64,000 nt of DNA from Narcine bancroftii (lineage: Eukaryota), in NCBI RefSeq assembly GCF_036971445.1, contig NC_091482.1, forward strand, positions 24,180,001 to 24,244,000, read 5' to 3'. A model generated the notes under the pieces. That model worked only from the letters and a program-made list of their open reading frames with translations. It ran no database searches and was not told where the DNA came from. Shown here piece by piece: positions 36,530 to 48,906 of the stretch; positions within the stretch are counted from its first letter, which is position 1; each line of letters starts with the position of its first letter. The translations under genes were made by a program, and so were the position numbers.

Positions 36530-37330
36530 TTACTGTATGGCATCAAAATGGGCCTTTTGGTTCACCATCTCCATGCCATCCATAATGCATTTCTATGCTC
36601 TTCCTTCGTTACTGCATTAGCTCCATATTCCTTTGAATTGTGCTGTCTTAGGTACCTGTTCAGCTCATTATTACTATTCATTCCTTCAATATCTCTGACA
36701 GCTTATTCCAGATATCAACTAGCTTGTCTTGGGGGGGGGGGGGTGGGGAAATACCACCTACATCCCCCCTACATCCCTCTCCCCTTCCCAAACCTTAATA
36801 ACCCAAGGCCTTCAATCCAGGCGCTATCCTTGTGATCTCATCTCAAGCTTAGACATGTCTTTCCTAATAGTGTGGCTACTGGAATTGCACACAATATTCC
36901 ATCCTGTACCATTGTAATGGCCAAATTCTAGTTGTGCTTCAGACAATGAAGGCAAGCATGCTGCCTTCAGCATCCTGTCTACCTGTGTGGCCACTTTCAA
37001 GGAACTCGGTACCTGTACCCCAAAGTGCCTCTTCAACAACCCCCTGGGAACCTGACAGTCATTGTCTTTAACCTACCAGGAGTTAGCTTTTCCAAATACA
37101 TAGCTTCACAGTTGTCTGAATTATGTTCCACCTGCCATTCTTTTGGCCACCATCCAGTCTATCTTGGACAACTCTTCTTCACTGTCCATTATATCATCAG
37201 TTTTGGTAACGTCTGCACATTTACTCATCAAGTCACCTTTGTTCCCATTGTCTCATTAATTTATATAAGTAACAAATGGTCCCACCAATGATCCATGCAG
37301 CACACCACTGGTCAGTGGTCTCCAATGTGA
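36530..37330 (-). mobile_element. Decayed CR1 fragment
   Basis: Minus-strand GVQVPSSLKVATQVDRMLK, typical of CR1 RT C-terminal region. Confidence 0.6.
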
Positions 37331-37344
37331 AGAATGCTATTGTG

Positions 37345-37772
37345 TGATGCCTAGGACATCACTGGCAAAACTCTTCACCATCGAGAACATCGACAGGGAA
37401 GGCTGCTGTCAGAGTGCAGCAGTAAATATCAAGGACCCACACCACCCAGCACATGCTCTGTTCTTGCTGCTACCATCGAGAAAGGGGTATAAGGGCCACA
37501 AAACCACCAGGTTCAGTAACAGCTGCTACCCTTTCACCATCAGAATCCTCAACAGCAAACTCAATCAGGGACTTATTTAGGACTCTTACTTTTGCACGTT
37601 ATTGATTATTTTCTCTCTGTATTGGACAGTCAGATTATTTACATTTCTTTATTTGTTTACATGTGTACCTTGAGTGCAGTTTTTGCACAACCAATAAGTG
37701 GTCATTCATTCTCGCCCACAGGAAGAAAAATCTCAGGCTTGCATATTTTCTCATGATAATAAATTTGAATCT
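37345..37772 (+). mobile_element. Rex/Babar-like LINE 3' fragment
   Basis: IKDPHHPAHALFLLLPSRKGY..TTRFSNSCYP; tail aataaatttgaatct. Confidence 0.8.
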
Positions 37773-38699
37773 GTTACAACCCTGGATGAATTTAGTAAAT
37801 ACATATTTAAAGTGAATAGTTGTTCATATTAATGCTGCTTTACCTCAAAGAATGCGTTCAAAGCTGAAAATGATCTTTGGGGTTTCCACAATTATATTTG
37901 ACCATCAATTTCACTGATATTGAATTTTCTGACTTGCCCAGAAGGAATGGAATCAAGCATTTTGCACAACTGTAAACTGATCAGTTACAAAGAGTGTGAC
38001 AGAAAGGGCAAAGAGCAGACTTAAAGATGTCCTGGGTCAGATAAAATTGAGGCAAAACTAACACATTTCTCACTTCACCACTGCATACAACTACAAGGTA
38101 CTGAGTGGATAATGTGCCAAAAGTGTATTTGGAATTGGTAGCCAGAGGTAACCATTATTGTACCATCTTAAAGAAGCAAAAAGCAGAACTTGAGATTGTC
38201 ATTTTGCAAATTTTTAATAAAAAAATATTTACAACACATTCTGGCTATTAAAATCCATGCTGCCCAATTAAGCTACATTTTGGAGGCGTTATGACCAGTT
38301 GCACACATTGTGAGGAAGTAAATTAACTTGCCCCATCAACAAAGCTACATCAGCCATTGTAAGTCACAGACGTAAAATGAGCCAGATGAGGATTTTGACT
38401 GCCAAGGAGATTCCTTGCTTGCGACCAAAACTGATAAAATGGATGTTAGTATCTTGAAAAGTGATCAGGAACAAACAGGGCTGCTTTTACACTGAGTGAG
38501 AATGCCAACAGATTTTGGTAGAAATGGAAGTATTACTATTGTAGATTTCCCATGAAGAAGGGAGAGCTGTGGTAAACCTTTAAGATGAGATTCCTTTAAG
38601 AGATGTGATTATGTTGCTGACAAGTCCCTCTAGTGGTTAGATCACCGCAAAATACAATGATCTTGCAGAGAGAAAGCATGACACAACTATTTTTTAGAA

Positions 38700-38920
38700 T
38701 TTAAACTTTAAATTTGGACAGACAGGCCCTTTTGGCACCCAATTACACCTAAATGACTTACAACCCCCGGTACATTTTGAACAGTGGGAGGAAACCGAGG
38801 AACCTCGCGCAGACACAGGGAGAACGTACAAACTCCCTACAGACAGCACGGGATTCAAACGCTGATCCCGACCGCTGGCACTGTAACAGGGTTATCCACT
38901 ATGCCAACCATGCTGCCCCT
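38700..38920 (-). mobile_element. V-SINE
   Basis: Reverse-complement SINE body (cagacacagggagaacgtacaaactccc...gggattcaaac). Confidence 0.75.
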
Positions 38921-39926
38921 ACTGCAGAATGTAAAGTTTTAAACTCATTTTGCATTTATTGCGTGGTCCTGTCAAATTTTATTTTAATTGGCATTTGACA
39001 TTAATACACATTATCGATTCAGGTGGCATTGCCATAGTCAATTGTCATAGCAAAAAAAACCATACAGAAATATGAAATGACTGTTCAATTTTTCCAGTAC
39101 AGCAAACTTCTGAATTTCTTTCATTTTATTTTTATTGGAGTTTGCAATAATACAAGAATTAAACAATTATATATTGAAATACAATTTACAAGAGAAAGAG
39201 AAAAACCCCTTAATTCAAAACCCCTACCACTACACAAGGTTGGAAAAAAAACTAACACGTGGGTATCAAGTGACGACGACCTGGAAACAGACAGCATCGA
39301 AGCTTCTAACATCCCTAAAATTTTAGATTGTGGTCATGGTCCATAAAAGGGCCCCATGTCTTTAGGAAATTAGTATTTGAATTTTTAATAGCTTATCTAA
39401 AGTTAAATTATCTCTTTTTTTACTCTGATATAAATGTAAAATTGTTGAGGCTTCTTTGATTCACTTGCTCTAGTTTAGAAACATTTTGGAAAGCTATTTT
39501 TCCAACCTTATCGGTGTTTCTTAAGGTTAAATTGGAATTTGCCTTTTAATTGCTCTTTTCGGATCATTTCAAGATGATGTCGTTTTACTGACTCCAACTG
39601 AAAACCGAATTTTATCTTTTCGTCATTGATAGCCAGATGTGCAAATTTGATTAAATGGAAGGGTTACAAAAAATTAGATATTCCATTAAAGATTCAAACT
39701 TCTGAATTTCATAGTGGCATTCCCCAGATTGACACAGTGACATTTAGTCATCCAGGGTAATGTACGTAATTAAGACTACTGTTCCTCAAGGAGACTTTCA
39801 TCAAACTGAACTTGAGAACACTGTTTATTCATTCAAAAATCTTCAGCCGCACCAGTCAGAAAGATGATTTAAAAGGGTACTCAATTATTTCAAGGACACT
39901 ATTTGGTTAGTCATTTTAGACTTTTA

Positions 39927-40229
39927 CAGGTACACAATCCTTTATCCGGAACCCTTGGTGGACAGTGTGTTCTGAATTTCTGATTTTTCCGGATTTCGGA
40001 AAGCCCACCCGAATTGTGCTGCTGTGTCCACCCCACCCCCTTCTGGCCGTCCGGCCACCTCCCCCAAGTGCTGGTCCCTCGGCCACCTCCCCCAAGTGCC
40101 GGTCCCTCGGCCGCCTCCCCCAAGTGCCGGTCCCTCGGCCGCCTCCCCCAAATGCTGGCCGCCTCTCTCTCCACTTACTGGATTTTGGAGCTCTCTGGAT
40201 TTTAGTCCGGATAAAGGATCGTGTACCTG
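39927..40229. mobile_element. Tc1/mariner-type MITE with TA target-site duplication and internal 28-bp tandem repeat
   Basis: TA|CAGGTACACAATCCTTTATCCGGA ... TCCGGATAAAGGATCGTGTACCTG|TA. About 4 copies of ggccgcctcccccaagtgccggtccctc at 40053-40160. Confidence 0.9.
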
Positions 40230-40234
40230 TACTG

Positions 40235-40458
40235 GACAGTAACAGGCCATTTTGGCCCACGAGTCCATGCCACCCAATTAACCTACATCCCCAGTACCTT
40301 TCGATTGGTGGGAGGAAACCGGAGCCCCTTGGGGAAAACCCACACAGACACGGGGAGAACGTACAAACACCTTACAGATAGTGCGGGATTCAAACTCCAG
40401 TCCTGATCGCGGGCGCTGTAAAGGCGTGGCACTAACTGCTACACCAACCCTGCTGCCC
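40235..40458 (-). mobile_element. V-SINE
   Basis: Reverse-complement SINE, near full length. Confidence 0.8.
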
Positions 40459-41212
40459 CGATGTCTTCTGAGACACTGGGCTTATTTCTGATTGTGAGCT
40501 GCTTCATTTAAATTTCTGATGGATGATGAGGATGTGAGCTATGACTATAGAAATGCAAAAGTCTGATTGGATGAACCCCTGTCACCAAGCAGTCTACACA
40601 AACAGCCCTTTGCCAGTAACTCTGGTCATGAATAAGCAAATGGGGGAAAAAAAGAATGTAATGCTTTTACTCTTGGGTTGCATGCTGTGATGCCCAGGAA
40701 AATAATACTTAATTGGAGACTTGGGTGGGGAAGGGCACACGAGAATTAGAGATCACATTAAGTGGGAAAGGGGGGGGGGGGGGGGAGACGACGACGAAAA
40801 GCAAATGTAGCATTATAGCAAAGATTGCTGGAAACATTCAACTGGAATGGTGGCATCTGTGGCAAGATGGCCTGGACATTATAATGACAGCAAAATGGTT
40901 GGCATTAGTTGAGAGAGTGAATACACATCTTCCACCTACAAAAACCTAGGAATATTAAATTCATATCTGAGTTGTGCTTTGCAGCCATGTTTCTTTTATG
41001 GCTTTTGGATCAAGTGGATTTATTTCTTTGTATAATCCATTCATCTGTTTTGTAACAATTGCTGCATTGCCTTCAGTGCCTTGTTGAATGAGGTGCACCT
41101 GTGGTGTTCTTAATTACCATTCCCTAACTTGACAAGATCATTTAAAATGTGGAATATATTTCCACATTTGTTAGGTGCATTCAGGAATGTTTCTTGAAAA
41201 AAAATCTGTAAA

Positions 41213-41570
41213 TCAGGGGTGGCCAAACCGCAGCTTGTGAACCACATGTGGCTCTTTGACACGTAATGTGTGGCTTGTGGGAAAATGTTGGCTGAGGCTG
41301 GAATCGTATGAGCCACCCACCCACCGGATCTCCCAACACCCCGGTCACATACTCCCGCTTAGGCCCCGGCCACCTGCCCATCCGAACTCCTGACGCTGGA
41401 CTCGTCCAGCTCCTGGTTGCCAGCCCATTCTAAGGTCCAGATGGCCCGGCTGCCCACCTATCTGAGTTCTAAATGCCCTGACTGTAGACTCTTACCCAGG
41501 CCCTGGCTGACTGCCCATCCAACCGCATCCGCCCTCCCATCTAAGCTCCCGACACTCTTGTCCAACCAGG
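41213..41570 (+). mobile_element. hAT (Charlie-like) MITE fragment
   Basis: Begins caggggtggccaaaccgcagc...ccacatgtggctctttg; the other end was not identified. Confidence 0.45.
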
Positions 41571-42032
41571 GAAAGGACTGTGCTGGGAAATGAGCCTCGT
41601 TAAGTGATCAGAATTTCAGTGGGAAAGCATTTGGAAATGGTAATTACAACTCCTTAAGTTCTAAAATAATTATAACTAAGTTACTGAATTGGAGGAGGAC
41701 AAATTACAACCTGATTAGACAGGAGTTGGGGGAGTTAATTGGAAGCAGCTGTTATCTTCTGACATGTGACAGTTGTTTAAATATATTCCAACAAAGAGAG
41801 AGACTGAGATTGCAAGGTAAGAACTTTGGAAGATGAGAGGTTGTGAAATTATTTTAAGTGAAAGCATGTGTAAGATTTGGTCAAATAGGGTGTCTGAGGA
41901 CTGTAAAGATGGCAGGAAAAAGTTCAAGTGGGGGGGTAGGAAGGCTAAAAGGGCTGTGAAATACCCCTGGGAGTAGGATTAAAGGGACATTTTATACACA
42001 ATAAAATCAATAGGTTTACTAGGAAGAGGCTG

Positions 42033-44319
42033 TGTCTAACAGCACTGATTTACCACAGCTTACAAACAAATAAATACACTCACTCATTTCTTTCAACCAC
42101 CATGAAGTTGATTTTTTTTATTCACTAGACACAACATTGGATTCTTCAACTCCCCCAAACACCACCCGGCTAAACCCCCTCCGACTTGTTCACCGCCATA
42201 TGGGAGATCCTGACCCTCTCACTCTCCTCCTCCTCCTCCATCTGAGATTCATCACCTGTATCCTGATGCTTAACGCACCTGCGCACGACTACTCCCGCGC
42301 GTTGCATCGCTTATGTCATCAGCGGCAGCCAGCACTGCTCCCAATAAAGGTAATACGCAACCACAAAAGTCTTTCTCCAACCCCACCATGCAAGGAATCA
42401 ATTGTTTGGAACGGCCCAGAGACTGATAGTTCAGCCCGACCTCATACAATACTGCAAGACAGGCAATGTAAGGTTTGACTGGCATGGGTGTGACTTGTCG
42501 TCTGACTCTGATGTAGAACATAGACCGTTGATATATGCCAGCTTTAACCTGTCGATGGAAACTCGTGTCTCCGTTGATTTATTTGGATATCTTCTTCATG
42601 TTGATCTCATAATTGACAGAGATCAATTGCAACTCCCGGCAGCTATTCAGGCCTAGAATTACTGGTCTGTCTGTGTCTGCCACGTAGAACATACAGAGAA
42701 TGTTCTTTCCCTTATGGCAGCCATTGATCTTAGTTCTCCCAAGCTGATCATGGGTCTACCATAGGCCGTTAATGTGACATTCGTTTCCAATGCACCGTCT
42801 TTTGGGTGCCCTTTTAGTATGTTCTCTGGGAACATCTGGTGGAAGGATGTTGCTTTGTGATCCAGTATCCAGCTTCACCTTTAGGTGAAGGATTGTCCTC
42901 TGTTTTTGGACCCTTGTATGCAACTCGCTTCCTTCTTTCATTTCACCCGATTTCTCGTGAAGGTGTATGGATTATATATCCAGTATCTGGGTGTCGGAGT
43001 CCTCATTGTTAATTCCTTGTCTTTTTTTTCTTCACTGATATTACTGTTTTCTTCATACCAGACTTGCACATCTTCGCCCAGTGGTTGGCCTTATTGCAGG
43101 CTCTACTTTCAGAACCGTATGTGGAGCATTTGTTTCGGTCATCGATGGGGTGTTGTCTGCCGCACTTCCTGCAGGTCTGGGGGGGGGGGGGGGGTTTGCT
43201 GTTGTCACTGCACAGTAACGATCAGCACCATTCACAGTGAGCTCAGACAAGGGGCCTCCGTATTCAAATTTCACACTCAGATGCTGATGCTCGAAATCCT
43301 GGCCAAGTATTAAGTCAGGTCACGTAGCAGCGTATGACCGGCTATTAAGACTGAGTTAGGTCGTCAACAACAACATATCCTTGGGAACTAGTGTATAAAG
43401 TTTACTGAAGCCATAGTAATATCTGGATCTGGATGGGTGAACCTTTAGTTTTAGTTCCTGCATGACTTTCTCGCTAACGTAACTCAGTGCTCCATGAGTC
43501 CAACAGAGCACTTAGCCTTTTACCATTCACAGTCACACAGGTTGCAGCTTGAGCATAATGTCCCTTCTTGGCACATATATAACAAGTAGCCTCGTATGCT
43601 GGACAGTTATCCCGTGAATGGTAAGAGAAACCACAGAAGAAGCATTTCCGTTTTGTATTATGTGGCAGCCACAGCTGGTTTCTCAAGAGCAAATGAATGG
43701 TCATCGTGCAGCCCTGCTAAAGAATCCTCCTCACTACCTGCAGTACCTGTGATGATTCAGGGTTCACTACTGCAGCTGGATGGGCTGCTGGGATAGCGTA
43801 GGCATCATTATTGCGTTGAGCTACGTCTAACGCAGATGCTTGGTTACAAGCAGTCTGTAAGTCCAGTGTTTTTTCTAGGAGACGCTGGCATATTGCAAGT
43901 GAGGCAATGCCAGCGATGAACGAGTCACGCATTGCATCATTTCCATACTGTTCCGCACTAAAATCGCAAAAATTACAGTTCCTCTTGAGCTTTTCCTACT
44001 TACTGAAGGAATCGTCTAATGGTTCTTCTGGCTTCTGCCACCTGGTAGCTAGTAACTATCTGGCAAAAACCTCATTGGGAGTCTTCACATATAAACTGTC
44101 CAACTTAGAGATCGCTGAGTGAAAATTTTCCCAACCTTCTGTGTACTCGAAAACATTGCCACTCACACAGCCTAATAGTGTTCTGCATTTGCTCGGTATC
44201 TTCTCCCCATAGTCGTCGACGTAGCTCGTGAAAATCGTACGCCAGTGTTGCCACTCCTTGGCCGCTGTCAGCGAGCTGAGGTCGATATCCAAGTACTTGG
44301 GCCTCCAGACCATATCCAT
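42033..44319 (-). mobile_element. Ty3/gypsy-type LTR retrotransposon remnants (two gag/protease segments)
   Basis: Gag start MDMVWRPKYLDID..AAKEWQHW, MRDSFIAGI..RLLE, zinc knuckle CFFCG...CYICAKKGHY, protease LLDSWST. Second knuckle CRKCGRQH...CNKANHWAKMC and protease KLDTGSQSNILP. Confidence 0.82.
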
Positions 44320-46057
44320 GCTTGACGATTGAGTACATTGTGATGAGAATGAAAAACTTGGTGACTTAATTGTACAGTTACAGTTAGAATTTAAAAGTAA
44401 GGTAGAAAGCTGATTGGAGGAAGAAGAACAATTAAGAATCTTTGTAATAACACAGTAGACAAACCTTGGGTCATTCACTTTCAGTCCCCCCGCCACAAAA
44501 ACATAGAAGTACAGAACTGTAATGATGAAAAGCTGGGAGCAATGAAAATCCATAGAAACTAGGAAACTTGTATAGATTATATTCAGGTGTGGAAAAGGGC
44601 TTTTTAATCAAGGTGATTCAAGAGAATAGAAGAAGCAGTATACCGTGCAAGCACTTGAAATACTGTGAGCAATTCTGGGCACTGCAGGATAGGAATGATA
44701 TATTAGTGTTGGAGAAGCATTGCTCAGGTTTTCCATGTAACTGGATTCCAGAGATTCATTTATGGTTTACAGATACAGAGGATGGAGTTACATTCCATTA
44801 TAAGGGTTGATGATATGATTTGCTCAATTTCTTTCAGTTATTAAACAGAACTAGAGAACAGAAGATACTGGTTTTGTTGCCTTGTTAATCAAATCATGAT
44901 TTAAACATCGCATATGTAAAGTAAAATGTCCAACTCCAAAGGCATGATAGATATTTCCAATTTTTTTTTGTTAATGTTGCACAAAATAAGTTTCAATCTG
45001 TGACATTTTTGATGGCCAAATATATTAAGGAATATGAATTCAGATCATTGATTATCTATGATCTCATTGAATGAGCCAAACTGATTCAACCACTGTAATG
45101 ATAGTGCTAGTGATTCTCCTGACCACTAGAGGGAGTTGGAGACTGTTGCAGCTCTGGATGGATTCAAGATGGATGCTTCCACACGGTCTTGAGTTGATAG
45201 CTCATAAAGGAGAGTTGTTTTAAAAGATCCCAAGTTTTTTTTTACAATAAAAAGAAACACCACAACCACTTCTGCTCCTATGGAATGTAAAGGTAGTAAG
45301 AGAAGGGTAGATGTTTATGAGATGGTGGAAATAACATACTCTGTAGAAAAGAGAGAGCTGTGGGGAGGGAGATGAGAACAGTTCCCATAGATGAGTCACA
45401 AGATCCATTCAAATTCCTGAGGCTTGAGCATGTAATTGAAGATGACCCTTCAGTGCAGTAGTGCTGGACAGTGAAGGTGCCATGTTTTTTGATGAAGTAT
45501 TAAACTCTTTCTGCAGGTTGACAAAATGAACTTACCACCCCCACCCCCAAACCATTACTGGGAAAGCAGGGAATTTCTCATGTACTCAATTGAGGTGTTA
45601 GCAAGTGTAACACTTAATATACATTGGATCTTCTCCATGTAGAGGAGTCCACAACATATGAAGCCTATCTCTCTTTATCATGCAGTTATGCTGCCACCCT
45701 TTTATTCCTTCAAAGGTTTTCTTGACAAAAAAAACCTAAACATTTGGACGTTGGAAATATTCAACAGCACCTGTGAACTTTATCAGACCTGTCATTTTTT
45801 TTTTGTCTAAGATGTTGCCTGACCAGCTGAGAATACTCAACAATTTCCACTTTGGCTCCTTTGGCCTCCGACCTCATTCAGCCCCCATCTTTGTTCAGTG
45901 TTCTGTTCATTTCATCCTGGAGAAACTTTTTGAGACATTTCTTCAGAGTCCAAGTTATAATCCTGTTCTAATGGTATGGATGTTGCTTGTTGAGGCCTTT
46001 CCACCATCCTCCAGCATTGAAGCTGTAATCTTTAATACTTCTTTTCTTTCTTTCTTC

Positions 46058-46818
46058 TTTGGCTTGGCTTCGCGGACGAAGATTTATGGAGGGGGTAAAT
46101 GTCCACGTCAGCTGCAGGCTCGTTTGTGGCTGACAAGTCCGATGCGGGACAGGCAGACACGGTTGCAGTGGTTGCAGGGGAAAATTGGTTGGTTGGGGTT
46201 GGGTGTTGGGTTTTTCCTCCTTTGCCTTTTATCAGTAAGGTGGGCTCTGCGGTCTTTTTCAAAGGAGGTTGCTGCCCGCCAAACTATGAGGCGCCAAGAT
46301 GCACGGTTTGAGGCGATATCAGCCCACTGGCGGTGGTCAATGCGGCAGGCACCAAGAGATTTCTTTAGGCAGTCCTTGTACCTTTTCTTTGGTGCACCTC
46401 TGTCACGGTGGCCAGTGGAGAGCTCGCCATATAACACGATCTTGGGAAGGCAATGGTCCTCCATTCTGGAGACGTGACCCACCCAGCTCAGCTGGATCTT
46501 CAGCAGTGTGGACTCGATGCTGTCGGCCTCTGCCATCTCGAGTACTTCGACGTTATGGATGAAAGCGCTCCAATGGATGTTGAGGATGGAGCGGAGACAA
46601 CGCTGGTGGAAGCGTTCTAGGAGCCGTAGGTGATGCCGGTAGAGGACCCATAATTCGGAGCCGAACAGGAGTTGGGTATGACAACGACTCTGTATACGCT
46701 TATCTTTGTGAGGTTTTTCAGTTGGTTGTTTTTCCAGACTCTTTTGTGTAGTCTTCCAAAGGCGCTATTTGCCTTGGCGAGTCTGTTGTCTACCTCGTTG
46801 TCGATCCTTGCATCAATC
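46058..46818 (-). mobile_element. RTE-clade LINE 3' fragment
   Basis: DARIDNEVDNRLAKANSAFGRL and WVGHVSRMED..LPKIVLYGEL; same 3' UTR as the copy at 4990. Confidence 0.9.
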
Positions 46819-47465
46819 TCTTTAAAAAATTGTTTATTCATTTTAGCGCTGTAGGGTGCTGGTGGAAAGGTGGTCATTTGTTGTTGTCTCATTGTCTTTG
46901 TGTGGAGTCACTTGATATTACTGAAATCCTTCTGTTAAAGATACTGGCTCCCGAAACCAAAACTAACATCAGGGAGTATGTTATTGGAGAGTATTTTGTC
47001 AGACTCCTTGTAGATCTGCCTTGTAGATGTTGCAAAGACTTCCATCAGAGAATTTCAGGGAAAGGATTGATAAAGTGGTAATTCACTGCTTGGACTTAAT
47101 CCCTCTGATTATGAACAGGACGTGCCTGGCTATTGTCCACATTGTTGATTATGTGCTCATGTTGAGGCTGGAATGGAACGCTGTGGCTAAGGCATGGCCA
47201 ATTGTAGAGTGCAAGTCCTCAGCACGGCATTCAGTAGGCCTTTACACACTGCGGCCGAGCGGGTGACCCTACTTCGAACCGGGTGAAATTCCCAAGCTTT
47301 TCACACCGCGGTCCAAATTCCCTGTAATTTGCCCTCCCTGGTAATTTGGGGGGGGGGGGGGGGCGGACCCACCTTCAGCGATGACATAGTGAGTAGTGCA
47401 TTATGTATTCATATGAAGTCCTACTGCAAGTTGGACAAACTGAGTGTGTGGGCATTTAGATAGGC

Positions 47466-47467
<2 letters not shown>

Positions 47468-47498
<31 letters not shown>
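47468..47498. repeat. (CA)n microsatellite
   Basis: About 15 CA units. Confidence 0.95.
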
Positions 47499-47499
<1 letters not shown>

Positions 47500-47973
47500 C
47501 TCTTGCGCAACCTACGGAGTAAGTTCTTCTTGAAGGACAACAAAGTGAATGATGATGAACTGCTTCTTACATAGCACACATTCTTAATTATTAGGCAAAT
47601 GTGACCAGATACAAAAATATTGCTGCTTAAGTCAGAAGTATATCATGTAAGGTAACAGGCATCAGCACAGTTAAACCTTGATGCTATATTAGGCTTGGAA
47701 ACTATTTTGTGAAATTTTACATTTTAAGCTTGACAAGCTTAAATGCTGAAATGATGACACGATGACTCAGCAAGCAAGCGTTGGCATCACGACGCTTCCC
47801 CTGCTTGGCCATTTGCCGATTCAACCTCAGGGAAATGGTGGCCTGGGGGGAATTACCCGGGTCCACTGCCCTACCTAAGAGGGCTGACATTTTCACACCG
47901 TTGGTTCATGGTAGGATTGCAAATACATTGAATTGACTGAAAACTCATTCAGTGGGAACCTTGGGAAGAAGCT

Positions 47974-48586
47974 GAGGGGATTCCAAGATGGCGGTGCTGT
48001 CGGAGCCACTGTCCCGTGGGGAGTGAGGGAGCAGAGATGCAACGCTGCTGCACGGCCAGCTTTGAATGGCCCATTGAGGGAGCCATTCAAATCCTGCAAC
48101 TGCAGGGTCTGCACCCAAGATGGTGGCGCTTATTAATTGGCGGCTGCCATGAGGGGCTGCAGAATCCGGGGAAGTGGAGGACTGGAGCAGGGCACCAGAG
48201 AATGGGGAAAATCAAGCCCCATCTGAGAGGGAGAAGTGGAGGTAACGACCTGCGAGATGGTGACTACGGCGGTGGACTTGTGAGGGGGTTCCACAGCTGA
48301 GGGACCAGTGTGTGCGGCGGGCTGCGGGTGACTCAAGGCTGATGGTGACTGCTGTAACAGACACACACTGGGCTGTGGACTGGTGGAGACTGGCTCAAAC
48401 TGGATGGAGAGGTACCAGGTATTGGAACCGGGATGCGAGGGTGCTGAAGAGTTCCTGACTATGTCGGAGGTACAAATCTTAAGCTCCAGTTACCAATGAT
48501 TGGGATTGGGCTCTGGGGACTATGGAGATGCTGGAGAAAATCTATGAACGCTCAGTGACTCTGGGGAGGGGGGGGGGGGATTTGCT

Positions 48587-48621
<35 letters not shown>

Positions 48622-48750
48622 GACTGTAAGTCTGACCCTAAGAGGCAGGCAATTCCTGCCAGTGGCGAATCCGTCTGCCTTGCAGCAGGCAAAAAGAAAT
48701 TTCATGTAATAAGACTTTTATTACTATGATAATAAATTGAATCTTGTATC
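47974..48750 (+). mobile_element. Probable non-autonomous non-LTR retroelement with Rex/Babar-like tail
   Basis: GC-rich head starting CAAGATGGCGG, no RT ORF, internal (CT)n, 3' end aataaattgaatcttg similar to the LINE tails at 16245 and 37772. Confidence 0.5.
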
Positions 48751-48906
48751 TCAATTTGATTATAAAGGCATCAACTTTCTCTTTAGAATAGCATCCTGAG
48801 CTCTACCATTGGTGATTTTGGGGAGGTTCTTGGGGTTGCCTTCTCATTTTTTAATGGTCCAAGAATAGATGTGGCTGAACTGCCATTTTGATTATCTTCA
48901 ATGATT

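Noticed and set aside
47237-47900. Possible Harbinger-like MITE (ggcctttacacactg start, repeated ttttcacaccg)
   Set aside because: No matching second TIR or target-site duplication found, so it is not reported as a feature.
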